From an uncultured Bacilli bacterium (GTDB lineage Bacteria; Bacillota_I; Bacilli_A; RF39; UBA660): 52,839 nucleotides of DNA. Positions 17,708-25,634 of the stretch are shown here, piece by piece (the stretch's first letter is position 1; each line of letters opens with the position of its first letter). The stretch spans positions 1 to 52,839 of the forward strand of contig CAOOMX010000003.1 of the NCBI GenBank assembly GCA_948497845.1, read 5' to 3'. Position numbers and translations under genes: made by a program. The notes under the pieces are model-generated. The model searched no databases and was not told the origin of the DNA. It was given only the letters and a program-made list of their open reading frames with translations.

Positions 17708-18334
17708 ATGAAAAAAGTGAAATTAATAATTATTCTTCTTTTTATAGGAGCTTTTGTAGGGGCTGGTGTTTTTGTTTTTATTAAGATAAAAGAAGATCAA
17801 GCAGCTTGGAAAATAGAAGTTACTGAAGAATCGGTTAATGTTCGGGAAGAACATGGATTGTATGAATATAAAGTTGGTACTGCTGTAAAAGGTGATGTCT
17901 TTAAAGTTTTAGATTTTTATGAAGATGATGCTAGATATGTTTGGTATAAAATAAAGTTGAAGAATGGAGCTATTGGCTGGATATCTAGTGGTAGAAATAA
18001 TCCCTACGTTAAAGAAATTAATAATCCTAAGGGAATCGATAGTTATGAAATAGATTATGCAAAACCTAAAATAAGATATTTTGAAGATGATTATTCAGTT
18101 TATGATATTAATAGTATTACATATAATCATTTAGAAATAGAGGAAGATTCAGAATATACGATTGAACATAAAGTTTATTATGAAGAACATCCTAAAGATA
18201 GAGAGGAACCTCAGTATTGGATTAAATATATTGTTGTAGATAAATTTGGTAATAAGGCAAGTAAGATGCAAAGAATTATTTTTACTGTAGAACCAAACAG
18301 AGATGAAGTATTAGACTTTAGTGAAGCAAGATAA
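17708..18334 (+). CDS. Membrane-anchored protein with a bacterial SH3-like domain
   Basis: N-terminal TM helix. The stretch VNVREEHG...VGTAVKGDVFKVL...WYKIKLKNGAIGWISS fits the SH3b pattern. Confidence 0.45.
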   Translation: MKKVKLIIILLFIGAFVGAGVFVFIKIKEDQAAWKIEVTEESVNVREEHGLYEYKVGTAVKGDVFKVLDFYEDDARYVWYKIKLKNGAIGWISSGRNNPYVKEINNPKGIDSYEIDYAKPKIRYFEDDYSVYDINSITYNHLEIEEDSEYTIEHKVYYEEHPKDREEPQYWIKYIVVDKFGNKASKMQRIIFTVEPNRDEVLDFSEAR

Positions 18335-18353
18335 CGATAAGTTATCTTTTTTT
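18330..18353 (+). terminator. Rho-independent terminator
   Basis: GATAAC-GATAA-GTTATC followed by TTTTTTT. Confidence 0.65.
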
Positions 18354-18370
18354 ATAGAAATTATTGCAAA

Positions 18371-18394
18371 GAAAAAAACTACATATAGTAGTTT
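18371..18394 (-). terminator. Terminator downstream of the tRNA-Lys 3' half
   Basis: On the minus strand, AAACTAC-TATAT-GTAGTTT then TTTTC, 15 nt after the CCA end. Confidence 0.55.
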
Positions 18395-18408
18395 TATCGT
18401 TATATAAA

Positions 18409-18455
18409 TGGTGTCCCCTCAGAGATTCGAACTCTGGACCCACTGATTAAGAGTC
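18409..18455 (-). tRNA. 3' half of split host tRNA-Lys(CUU): anticodon loop to CCA
   Basis: The minus strand reads GACTCTTAATCAGTGGGTCCAGAGTTCGAATCTCTGAGGGGACACCA. T arm is CAGAG/TTCGAAT/CTCTG. The acceptor 3' strand AGGGGAC pairs with GTCTCCT at 52760..52766. Confidence 0.85.
18445..18455. repeat. attL core (direct repeat GATTAAGAGTC)
   Basis: Identical to 52727..52737. The flanking bases differ on both sides. Confidence 0.85.
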
Positions 18456-18594
18456 TTTTTTTATATACTTTAATAGTGTCTAAAAAGAACTAATTATTGT
18501 ATATAAATTCCCATAAAACATAGGGATACCACCAAATTTATACTTATTTAGAAATATATGTTACATAAATAAATATAATAGTATATTGACCTTT

Positions 18595-18643
18595 TTGCAC
18601 CGATTTGCACCGATAGGTCATCCACTGAACTTTTTGCACCGAT
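18595..18643 (+). repeat. Three direct TTGCACCGAT repeats (candidate integrase/Xis arm-type sites)
   Basis: Copies lie at 18595..18604, 18605..18614 and 18634..18643. Two more copies lie at the other element end (52622..52642) in the same orientation. Confidence 0.6.
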
Positions 18644-18679
18644 TAGGGTAAAAAAATTCAGAATCAGTTTTCAAATAAA

Positions 18680-19014
18680 TGGTGGGCTGTTAGGGATTCG
18701 AACCCTAGACCCACTGATTACAACAATGTTATCATATTAGCTTTTTATCTAATATTTCTACATATTACTAATTCTATGTAGTTCAGCATACATTATCAGC
18801 CAAATACTTGGTTGTCGAACACTCGTGGAAGTATTATATTTATTCAACTTCTATGCGTTACACTACTTAATAGCCTTTCGCAATCTATTAAGTTAGCACG
18901 GTATTGGCATTTCAGCGTTTACCGTTTTTGCTCGATTTTCATTGTTATATTACTATAACAAGCTCCCAGTGTTTTACCAAGAGTCAGTTGCTCTACCAAC
19001 TGAGCTAACAGCCC
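18680..19014 (-). tRNA. Element-borne tRNA-Lys(CUU) interrupted by a 259-nt intron in the anticodon
   Basis: Exon 1 is 19014..18980, GGGCTGTTAGCTCAGTTGGTAGAGCAACTGACTCT. Exon 2 is 18720..18680, TAATCAGTGGGTCTAGGGTTCGAATCCCTAACAGCCCACCA. Joined, they give a 76-nt cloverleaf with acceptor GGGCTGT/ACAGCCC, T stem TAGGG/CCCTA and encoded CCA. Confidence 0.75.
18721..18979 (-). ncRNA. Group I-like intron (hand-folded)
   Basis: P1 is CUCU|UGG/CUGGGAG with U.G at the 5' splice site. P2 is UUGUUAUA-GUAA-UAUAACAA. Further helices: P3 UCGAGC/GUUCGA, P4 ACGGUA/UACCGU, P6 ACUUAAUAG/CUAUUAAGU, P7 GCAUA/UAUGC, P7.1 GAAGU/ACUUC. Then P8 CAACCAA-GUAU-UUGGCUG, P9 CUACAUA/UAUGUAG and P9.1 AUAUUAG/CUAAUAU. The last intron nucleotide is G. 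No covariance-model search was run. Confidence 0.6.
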
Positions 19015-19035
19015 ATAAATTTGAATTACTCATTG

Positions 19036-19044
19036 AGTATAGCA
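19036..19044 (-). promoter_or_regulatory. Extended -10 promoter (TGCTATACT) for the element tRNA
   Basis: The minus strand reads AGTATGCTATACT about 20 nt upstream of tRNA position 1. It closely resembles the ICE cassette promoters (AGTATGCTATAAT). Confidence 0.45.
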
Positions 19045-19096
19045 TACTTTTATAAAAAAATAAATACCATTTTTTCATTTTCTGCTTAATTTATGC

Positions 19097-19136
19097 AAAA
19101 AAAATAAATGCTAGAACAATTTTCATTATTCTAGCA
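19097..19136 (-). terminator. Terminator after the integrase gene
   Basis: On the minus strand, TGCTAGAA-12 nt-TTCTAGCA followed by TTTATTTTTTTT. Confidence 0.6.
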
Positions 19137-20678
19137 TTTTATATATTCATTGTTTTGTATCACTTCTAACAAGAATTTATTTCCATATACAGCCCTTATT
19201 CTTTTCTCAAAATCATCCTTTGAATATTGTTTCTGCAAAGATACCATATTTTCTAATGATGGATAATTCGCCATTAAATAATTTTTTGTAGAGTTTATAT
19301 TTTCTGATAAATTGCTATAAGTTATTTCGGCTTTTGGATTTATAGACTTTAGTAAATATATTATTTTACTAATCTCAACATATTCATTACCTGTAACTAT
19401 AGATGCTATATACATAATTGGGGCATAAAGAGTATTATCTTCGTTAATATCTATTCGATTATTAAAAACATTATCAAATACTGTAGTTGCTTTTTTCAGC
19501 TTTTCTTCTGACTTGTGAACGTATTTATAGGTAGTTTGAATATTTGCGTGTCCTGCAAGAGCTTGTACTTCTGATGGTGTTAAATCATCATTATAATTCA
19601 TTTGATAAGTTATATATGTATGTCTTAATCCATGAAAGGTAGCATCAATATCATGTTTCTTTGCGAATTTAGACCATAATTTACCAACGTATCTAGGGCG
19701 AAAATAATCGCTATCTTTATTTAAAAACAAATTGGGAAGATTCTTATAGTCTATACCAAATTGGGCTTTGTAAAGATTTACTAAAACCGTTCGATATTTT
19801 AAATACTGTTTTAGACTAATCATAAGTATTTCAGGTAATGGTATCCCACGTTCGCTATATTCGGATTTTAACTCATATTCTTCATATTGTCTTGTTTTGT
19901 AGTTTTGTTTTACAGCCTTTTTTAAAAATACTTTATTATGCGTAAAGTCGATGTCCGATTCGGGATCATCTTCGCTTTGACAATGAAGTCCACAAACTTC
20001 CTCTTCACGAAGTCCTGCACATAAGCCAAAGTAAAAGATTGTTTTATCTCTGCTTGATGCATATTTTTCTATTAAATCGTTTACATTTTCAAATTCTTCG
20101 TAAGGAATAAACCCAACTTCATTTTCAATAGTAATTTTTGGTTCTTCGACACCGTCCATAGGGTTTTCTGTAATGATTTTCCATTTTTTTTGTGCTTTAT
20201 TAAATAAGATTCGCAACATTACAAATTCATGATGTAAAGTATTTGAAGATATTTTTTCTCCAGTTTTTTTATTAGGATGGTTTGGATCAATTTTATCTCT
20301 TTTACTTTCTAAAGATAAAAATAATTCAATATCTGCTGTAGTTATTTGATATAAGAGTTGTTTGCCAAAATATTTTTTTAAAGTTTTAATTCGTCCTGCG
20401 TAATCTGTGAGAGTATTGGGGCTTGGTTTTTTAGGTTTATTTTGATACCACTCAAAATATATATCACAAAACTTCTCAAAAGTTATATTTTTATCTACAT
20501 AAATATCAATTCCTAATTTCTGTTTTGCTAAAAACTTATCCCTTTCGTCAATAGCTTGTTCTAATGTGTCATATCTTTCGTCAAAATTTCCTTTGATTTT
20601 CTTGCTTTTTCTTATTTGAACTCGAAACTTTCCCTCATCTGTAATATGGATATATCTTTCGGATTTTACTTTTTTCAT
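19131..20678 (-). CDS. int: Tyrosine-type integrase with a ~127-aa C-terminal extension
   Basis: Catalytic blocks are GLREEEVCGL (Arg I region), HGLRHTYITYQ and LAGHANIQTTYKYVH. It lies next to the att site. Confidence 0.85.
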   Translation of the reverse strand: MKKVKSERYIHITDEGKFRVQIRKSKKIKGNFDERYDTLEQAIDERDKFLAKQKLGIDIYVDKNITFEKFCDIYFEWYQNKPKKPSPNTLTDYAGRIKTLKKYFGKQLLYQITTADIELFLSLESKRDKIDPNHPNKKTGEKISSNTLHHEFVMLRILFNKAQKKWKIITENPMDGVEEPKITIENEVGFIPYEEFENVNDLIEKYASSRDKTIFYFGLCAGLREEEVCGLHCQSEDDPESDIDFTHNKVFLKKAVKQNYKTRQYEEYELKSEYSERGIPLPEILMISLKQYLKYRTVLVNLYKAQFGIDYKNLPNLFLNKDSDYFRPRYVGKLWSKFAKKHDIDATFHGLRHTYITYQMNYNDDLTPSEVQALAGHANIQTTYKYVHKSEEKLKKATTVFDNVFNNRIDINEDNTLYAPIMYIASIVTGNEYVEISKIIYLLKSINPKAEITYSNLSENINSTKNYLMANYPSLENMVSLQKQYSKDDFEKRIRAVYGNKFLLEVIQNNEYIKC

Positions 20679-20689
20679 AAATTATTTAA

Positions 20690-20962
20690 TTAAGAATTCC
20701 TGTTTTTTATCCAAGTTTCTATTTCAGATTTTACAAAATATCTTTCACGACCACTTTTAAAATAAGGCAAATTCTCGTTTTTAATAGCTTGGTCTAATTT
20801 ATATTTAGAAAAAAGTTTCGGGTATATAGTTTGTAATTGCTTGGCTGTATAGACAACAGAATCAGGGCTTTTATTAGTATTTATACCCATGCAATTAGCG
20901 ATAAAATCATAAGCTGTTATTCCTTTAAGAGTTTCAATAACTTGGTTATTTTCTTGATTCAT
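20690..20962 (-). CDS. xis: Excisionase-like helix-turn-helix DNA-binding protein
   Basis: 90 aa. The C-terminal block YTAKQLQTIYP...NLPYFKSGRERYFVKSEIETWI fits the excisionase-family HTH pattern. It lies immediately upstream of int. Confidence 0.55.
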   Translation of the reverse strand: MNQENNQVIETLKGITAYDFIANCMGINTNKSPDSVVYTAKQLQTIYPKLFSKYKLDQAIKNENLPYFKSGRERYFVKSEIETWIKNRNS

Positions 20963-20975
20963 AATTCCTCCTTTT

Positions 20976-23174
20976 CTATAATTGGTTTGTTATATTTTTG
21001 GCATCAAAAAAAGTAATAACAGTAGTATTACTTTCATTGATAGTTTGGATTTCTATGTTAATCATTGGCATTATTTGTTCAATGATTTTATTTTCTTCGT
21101 ACATACTAATTTTTCTATTTATAATTATTTGATTATCTACAGAATTTATATTAAATAGTTGTTCAACATTTTTTATTACAGTTTTTAATGTACTATTATC
21201 ATTTTCTATAATTGGCTCTAGCATATTATCGGATACATCGTTATTTGAAGTATTTAGATTTTCATAAGCATTTTTCATTTGTTCTACAGTATAGTAATTT
21301 TCTGTATTCTTTTTTAACATTTTGGGAGTACGTTCTATTGGAACAAACTCATAATCATTAAAAACGTCATTGTATAAATATGTATCTCGAAAGATAGCAT
21401 TTGACACAGTTGGGAATATAATTGTTTTATATTTTAAAGCAATAATTTCATTTGCTGTTAATAGTTCCCTACCGAGAAGAGAAGTAGTCTTATTAGCACC
21501 AATTTTGAAATGATCGGTACTTTGACTTATAGATTGGGTTTCTATAGTAGCCTTTCCGAGCTTACGTGAAATTATTTCGGCACAATCTACAGAGTTTGTT
21601 TTTAGGTAACACAAAGCCGAGTTATCTTGAATAATAGAAGAGGTTTCTTTTCCATAAACCTGATCGAGTTGAGCGAAACTTTGGATAAAGAACTGAAATC
21701 TCATACCTCTTGACCTAGCTACAGAAACTATCGTTTCAATATCTGCTAAAGGTGGGCAATTTGCGAACTCATCAAGTATCCACTCAATTTTACGGGGCAA
21801 GGTTCCATTATTTTGGGGCAAATTAGCGAGTTTTGTTAATTCCTTATAAAGAATACCTACAATAATAGTAATAAGCCCATAATAGCTTTTATCCTCGTCA
21901 GGAACGATAATATAAAGTATGCTTGGTTTTTCTACTAGAGAAGATATTTCAAAATCACTTGTACTAGTGATATTTTCAACGTTTAAATCATCAAAGATTT
22001 GCATTTTTTCTCCAAAGACAGCCGTAACACTTTTGTATGTATTTTCATTTGCCGATAAAATAGAAGTAAGGTAGTCTTTTGATAAAGTACCATATTCACG
22101 AGTATTAAGATTTCTTTGTAAATAAAGTTGATTTTCTTTCAATAAAGAAGAGTTTTGAAATTTTTTAATACTTGAAACATTGATTTTACTTTCAGGAATC
22201 AAGCCATTTTGATAGTCCTCTAAAAAAATACCAGTAATTCCTTTGAATAAGTTTTTAGAAGAATTAAGCCAAAATGGGTCTTTTGTTTCTTTTTCAGCAA
22301 ATATTAAATCAGCTACAGTATTCGTAAGTCGTATAGCTTCGGCTTGAGAAGATGAACTATGATTCTGATAATCTTTAATATAATTAAGCAAGTCTATGAT
22401 GCTAACAGTTTTATAGTCAAAATCTACTAGTTCATTTATAACACGGAAAAAATCTTCACTTTCTAATTTTTCATTGATAACATCAATTTTATTAAGAAAA
22501 TACTCGATAACATAATTATCAATATTGTTTTGTGTTTTAATATCATTTCGATAATTAGTATCAATTATAAATTTTTCATAATCAATATTTAATTTATGGA
22601 ATAGTAAACACATAGAAGAAAATAACTTTTCATCATATAGACAATGAACTTTCCACTCGTCAATAATAGGTTTCATAATATTTATATGTGTAGATAATGT
22701 TGGATTACGAAAATCTATAGTAATGATATTTTCATATCCATTGTCTTTGAATATTTTGGACGTCTTGCTAAAAATTTCTCCTTTGGGATCGGTAATTATT
22801 AAGGTCGGTTTTGATTTAGTTTGAGAAAAGAAAATTGTTTCATTAAGTACAAGAGTAGTCGATTTACCACTTCCTGTAGAACCTATAATAATCCAATGAG
22901 GACTAACATTGTCAAAATATATATTAGTAAATTTTCCTTTATCTTGTTCATAGTAAATAGGAAATCCTGCTTTCTCGATATGGTTAATATTTTCTTTTAA
23001 AAACGTTTTACTTATTTCTTTTAGAGTAGCGAACTTACTTGATCCATGCTCATTATGATTTTTTATTTTTGATTTACTTAATCTAGGCTCAATAAATAAA
23101 ATGAACAAGATTGTCGCAATAATTAAAACGAGAAGAAGAATTGAAAAAAAGGATAAGTTACTGTCTAATCTGAT
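20976..23174 (-). CDS. Type IV coupling protein (VirD4/TraG family)
   Basis: Walker A IIIGSTGSGKSTT and Walker B EWILDEFANCP. The tracked start is TTG 23108, but the frame is open to 23189 and encodes a TM helix (LSFFSILLLVLIIATILFILFI) that spans that TTG. ATC 23174 lies 9 nt after AAAGGA and is a possible true start, so the start is uncertain. Confidence 0.8.
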   Translation of the reverse strand: MRLDSNLSFFSILLLVLIIATILFILFIEPRLSKSKIKNHNEHGSSKFATLKEISKTFLKENINHIEKAGFPIYYEQDKGKFTNIYFDNVSPHWIIIGSTGSGKSTTLVLNETIFFSQTKSKPTLIITDPKGEIFSKTSKIFKDNGYENIITIDFRNPTLSTHINIMKPIIDEWKVHCLYDEKLFSSMCLLFHKLNIDYEKFIIDTNYRNDIKTQNNIDNYVIEYFLNKIDVINEKLESEDFFRVINELVDFDYKTVSIIDLLNYIKDYQNHSSSSQAEAIRLTNTVADLIFAEKETKDPFWLNSSKNLFKGITGIFLEDYQNGLIPESKINVSSIKKFQNSSLLKENQLYLQRNLNTREYGTLSKDYLTSILSANENTYKSVTAVFGEKMQIFDDLNVENITSTSDFEISSLVEKPSILYIIVPDEDKSYYGLITIIVGILYKELTKLANLPQNNGTLPRKIEWILDEFANCPPLADIETIVSVARSRGMRFQFFIQSFAQLDQVYGKETSSIIQDNSALCYLKTNSVDCAEIISRKLGKATIETQSISQSTDHFKIGANKTTSLLGRELLTANEIIALKYKTIIFPTVSNAIFRDTYLYNDVFNDYEFVPIERTPKMLKKNTENYYTVEQMKNAYENLNTSNNDVSDNMLEPIIENDNSTLKTVIKNVEQLFNINSVDNQIIINRKISMYEENKIIEQIMPMINIEIQTINESNTTVITFFDAKNITNQL

Positions 23175-23785
23175 AGTGTCATATCCTTTTCATTTTCTTT
23201 TGATTTATTGTTTGAGTAGAACATATTTGCAAAAGTATGCTTATGTCCGTGAATATCTTTAATGATAGGTTTATACGAATCCATTTTCTTATGAAAGCGA
23301 GAATAATTTTTTGCATTTCGTTCTACGTATTCGTAAACTGATTCATTGAAAGATTTTTCTTCTTCTCTTGCTGTCTTTAATAATTTAGTATATACAAAAG
23401 TTTTTGTATGCAAAGTCGAGGGGGAACAACGTTCTTTCCAACTAGCATAATTATTAAGCATAAATTCCAAATCACTATATATTTTATTATATGTATCATT
23501 TTTTCCATTTACAGAAAAGATAGTATATTTTTCAGCATCTACTAATCTTTTTGAAATTTTTTCGATTTCTTCTGTAGTAACTCCCTTAATCATAGCCTGA
23601 CTAACAGGATAAATATTTTGTTGAATATAAGGAGTTTTCTTATATAAATTCTTGTATAAATACCTTAATTGTTTTAAGTTTAAATTTCCTTTTTCTGTTT
23701 CTTCTTTTAAATAATCTCTTAACCCTGTAGAGTAGCCAACATTATTTTTAAATTTTAAAAGATATATGCTATTTAGTAAATTCAT
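23165..23785 (-). CDS. Hypothetical protein
   Basis: Tracked 206-aa ORF within the minus-strand operon. No motif recognised. Confidence 0.45.
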   Translation of the reverse strand: MNLLNSIYLLKFKNNVGYSTGLRDYLKEETEKGNLNLKQLRYLYKNLYKKTPYIQQNIYPVSQAMIKGVTTEEIEKISKRLVDAEKYTIFSVNGKNDTYNKIYSDLEFMLNNYASWKERCSPSTLHTKTFVYTKLLKTAREEEKSFNESVYEYVERNAKNYSRFHKKMDSYKPIIKDIHGHKHTFANMFYSNNKSKENEKDMTLSD

Positions 23786-24305
23786 TATTTAACTCCTGAT
23801 ACTGAATTTTCTTAAATTCATCGTAAGGCATTTCCTCAAATTTTTCATCAACAACACTTTGATTAACAAAAGAGTTTTCATCTGAAAGACCTAAATCTTT
23901 TGTTGTAATAATGCTACCTATATTATTGACTGTACAATGTTTTTCTACTATAAAACCCTCATCCCAAGAATCACAACCTAAATCATAACAAAAGAATCCT
24001 TTATCTTCATAATATTTTCTTTCTTCTTTGCTTAACCTGTAACCAAATTCGTGGAATAGTGGCTTTACTTCTTTAGTAAGTTCTTTTTCACGATACCACA
24101 ATTTACGTTGTTCTTTTGTATCACGATTATATGATAGCCAGTATATATTATTTTCTGTTGGGCTTCTTTTTCCCTGTAGGATAATATTGTAGTGATTATC
24201 CTTTAAAAATTTGATAACATCACTATCAAAATTTTTTCTTTTATTAGAGTTGATGGTATAAACACTTTCTCCAGTATCGTAATCATAAATTTCTATTGTT
24301 TTTAT
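23769..24305 (-). CDS. Hypothetical protein (start extended to ATA)
   Basis: The tracked start is TTG 24101, but the frame stays open for 70 more codons of protein-like sequence (KIKTIEIYDYDTGESVYTINSNKRKNF...). GGAGG (24315..24319) lies 9 nt upstream of ATA 24303..24305. Confidence 0.45.
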   Translation of the reverse strand: MKTIEIYDYDTGESVYTINSNKRKNFDSDVIKFLKDNHYNIILQGKRSPTENNIYWLSYNRDTKEQRKLWYREKELTKEVKPLFHEFGYRLSKEERKYYEDKGFFCYDLGCDSWDEGFIVEKHCTVNNIGSIITTKDLGLSDENSFVNQSVVDEKFEEMPYDEFKKIQYQELNNEFTK

Positions 24306-24414
24306 TTTTCATCGCCTCCAGTTCTTCAATACGTGAACAGTTGCTTGATACTTTACAAGCACAATATAAAAAAAGGACTAACAAAGCTGTTAATCCTATA
24401 AAAATATAAATCAT
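24277..24414 (-). CDS. Small membrane protein (45 aa), not in the ORF track
   Basis: ATG 24414 lies 6 nt after AGGAGGG. The sequence is MIYIFIGLTALLVLFLYCACKVSSNCSRIEELEAMKNKNNRNL. Confidence 0.4.
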
Positions 24415-24425
24415 TTCAAACCCTC

Positions 24426-24920
24426 CTATAAATAAAATTCGTAATTTTCCATTTTTGGAATATAATCTTTAAAATTATTATTTTTTCTTTCTTGTGATAA
24501 TTCAAAAGCAAGTTCTTCTACAGCCTTTATATTATCAGAGTATGCACAAAACATACCTGCTTCCGAATCATAATAAAACTCCCTACTCAAATGGGGGAGT
24601 TTGCCATCTATAAAAGTTCTAAATAAACTCTCATAATCGTAACCTGTCCCAAGAATATTGTCATTATGGCGACTTTTAAAAATATCTTTATCAAAGTATT
24701 CCTGATTCAATGTTAGAGAATACTTATTATCAATTTTCATTATATAAAAAGGTGTAAGATATTCTCTAAACCATTTATCAAATTTATTGTATTCTTTTTC
24801 TTTATAATATAAATCGGAAAGAAGAAGATTAGGATTCAGCTGTAGGTATAATTCCATACCTTTATTGATTCCATCTCCTAAATCTTTCCTTATTTTTTCA
24901 TATTCTTGTAATATACTCAC
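24426..24920 (-). CDS. Hypothetical protein
   Basis: Tracked 164-aa ORF. No motif recognised. Confidence 0.45.
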   Translation of the reverse strand: MSILQEYEKIRKDLGDGINKGMELYLQLNPNLLLSDLYYKEKEYNKFDKWFREYLTPFYIMKIDNKYSLTLNQEYFDKDIFKSRHNDNILGTGYDYESLFRTFIDGKLPHLSREFYYDSEAGMFCAYSDNIKAVEELAFELSQERKNNNFKDYIPKMENYEFYL

Positions 24921-24946
24921 TTAAAACCTCCATTTCTTTATAAAAT

Positions 24947-24974
24947 AAAAAAAGACTACCACGTATGGTAATCT
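24947..24974 (-). terminator. Cassette terminator (AGAUUACCA-UACG-UGGUAGUCU + U-run)
   Basis: The one non-Watson-Crick position is a G.U wobble only in the minus-strand RNA. Homologous hairpins lie at 39511..39537 and 40667..40696. Confidence 0.65.
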
Positions 24975-24986
24975 AAATTTGAAATA

Positions 24987-25526
24987 TTATTTTTCAGTAC
25001 AAGAAGCGTTTCTATTTTTATGTAAATCTAAAAAATACGTTTTATATTCACTTACTGAAAATTTATTATTTGAATCTATATATTTTTTAACACCTGATCC
25101 TAAAACTGATTCCTTATCGATTTTATTTATTTCATAATTGTAAGTTATAACATAAGTTTTATTGCCTTTTTCTTCAATAGTTGCTTTAACTCCGTCATAC
25201 TCATTAGCTCTAGTTACATATCCATCTTCTTGTTCTTTTCTTCTTTTGTATTGTTCTTCTGTAGAGTATTCTTCTTCACGAATAGTCTTAATACTTATAA
25301 GAATCATATCTTTAGTATAAGTAAATTCCTCTGTACTTTTTGTATTAGATTCATATTCATTTTCTGCTTCACTTTCGTATGTACAAGTCATTACTGTATT
25401 TTTAGTTTCAGAAACATTATTATCATTGTTCGAATTATTTTGATTTTCTTTCTTTTCATTACCACAGCCTGTAGTTAAGCCTATGATCATAACACAACAT
25501 ATTACACCAAATAAAATTTTTTTCAT
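24987..25526 (-). CDS. Lipoprotein, unknown function
   Basis: Signal peptide plus lipobox MKKILFGVICCVMIIGLTTGC. ATG 25526 is preferred over tracked GTG 25538. Confidence 0.65.
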   Translation of the reverse strand: MKKILFGVICCVMIIGLTTGCGNEKKENQNNSNNDNNVSETKNTVMTCTYESEAENEYESNTKSTEEFTYTKDMILISIKTIREEEYSTEEQYKRRKEQEDGYVTRANEYDGVKATIEEKGNKTYVITYNYEINKIDKESVLGSGVKKYIDSNNKFSVSEYKTYFLDLHKNRNASCTEK

Positions 25527-25572
25527 AATTCCACTCACTTTCGTAAACTATTATAACATATTTTACGTAAAT
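25527..25572 (-). promoter_or_regulatory. Conserved promoter/operator/5'UTR block, copy 1 of 3
   Basis: The minus strand reads TTTACGTAAA-ATATGTTATAATAG-TTTACGAAAGTGAGTGG: an extended -10 TGTTATAAT flanked by TTTACG half-sites. Near-identical blocks lie at 40595..40641 and 41278..41322. Confidence 0.6.
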
Positions 25573-25606
25573 TAAAAATATACGTTTTTAAAATTTATAC
25601 AAAATA

Positions 25607-25634
25607 AAAATAGTCCTGTACTAGCAACTATTTT
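25607..25634 (-). terminator. Terminator of the relaxase operon
   Basis: On the minus strand, AAAATAGT-12 nt-ACTATTTT followed by TATTTTG. Confidence 0.5.

Noticed and set aside
18595-18643. TTGCACCGAT repeats interpreted as a mini CRISPR array.
   Set aside because: The units are only 10 bp, two of them abut with no spacer, and no cas genes or regular repeat-spacer periodicity are present.
18456-18679. The 224 bp between the host tRNA 3' half and the element tRNA interpreted as a separate small integrated element or satellite.
   Set aside because: It has no ORF and no second core repeat. Its TTGCACCGAT repeats are matched at the far end of the 34-kb element, so it is best read as the P-arm of a single element.
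18721-18979. The 259-bp insert in the element tRNA interpreted as a MITE, an IS remnant or a second integrase-mediated insertion.
   Set aside because: It has no terminal inverted repeats, no target-site duplication and no copy of the GATTAAGAGTC core at its ends. It is too short for a group II intron or an IS. The exon-intron boundary pairing (U.G in P1, terminal G) fits a group I intron instead.
24303-24312. An in-frame TGA upstream of the 23769 gene, and possible TGA recoding (genetic code 4 or 25) or an A5-tract frameshift fusing it to the 45-aa ORF.
   Set aside because: TGA clearly terminates other genes here (11889, 51507), and long genes such as valS and virB4 are intact under code 11. 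On careful re-reading, the 45-aa ORF is in a different frame and has its own stop. An SD-plus-ATA start explains the open frame without invoking recoding.
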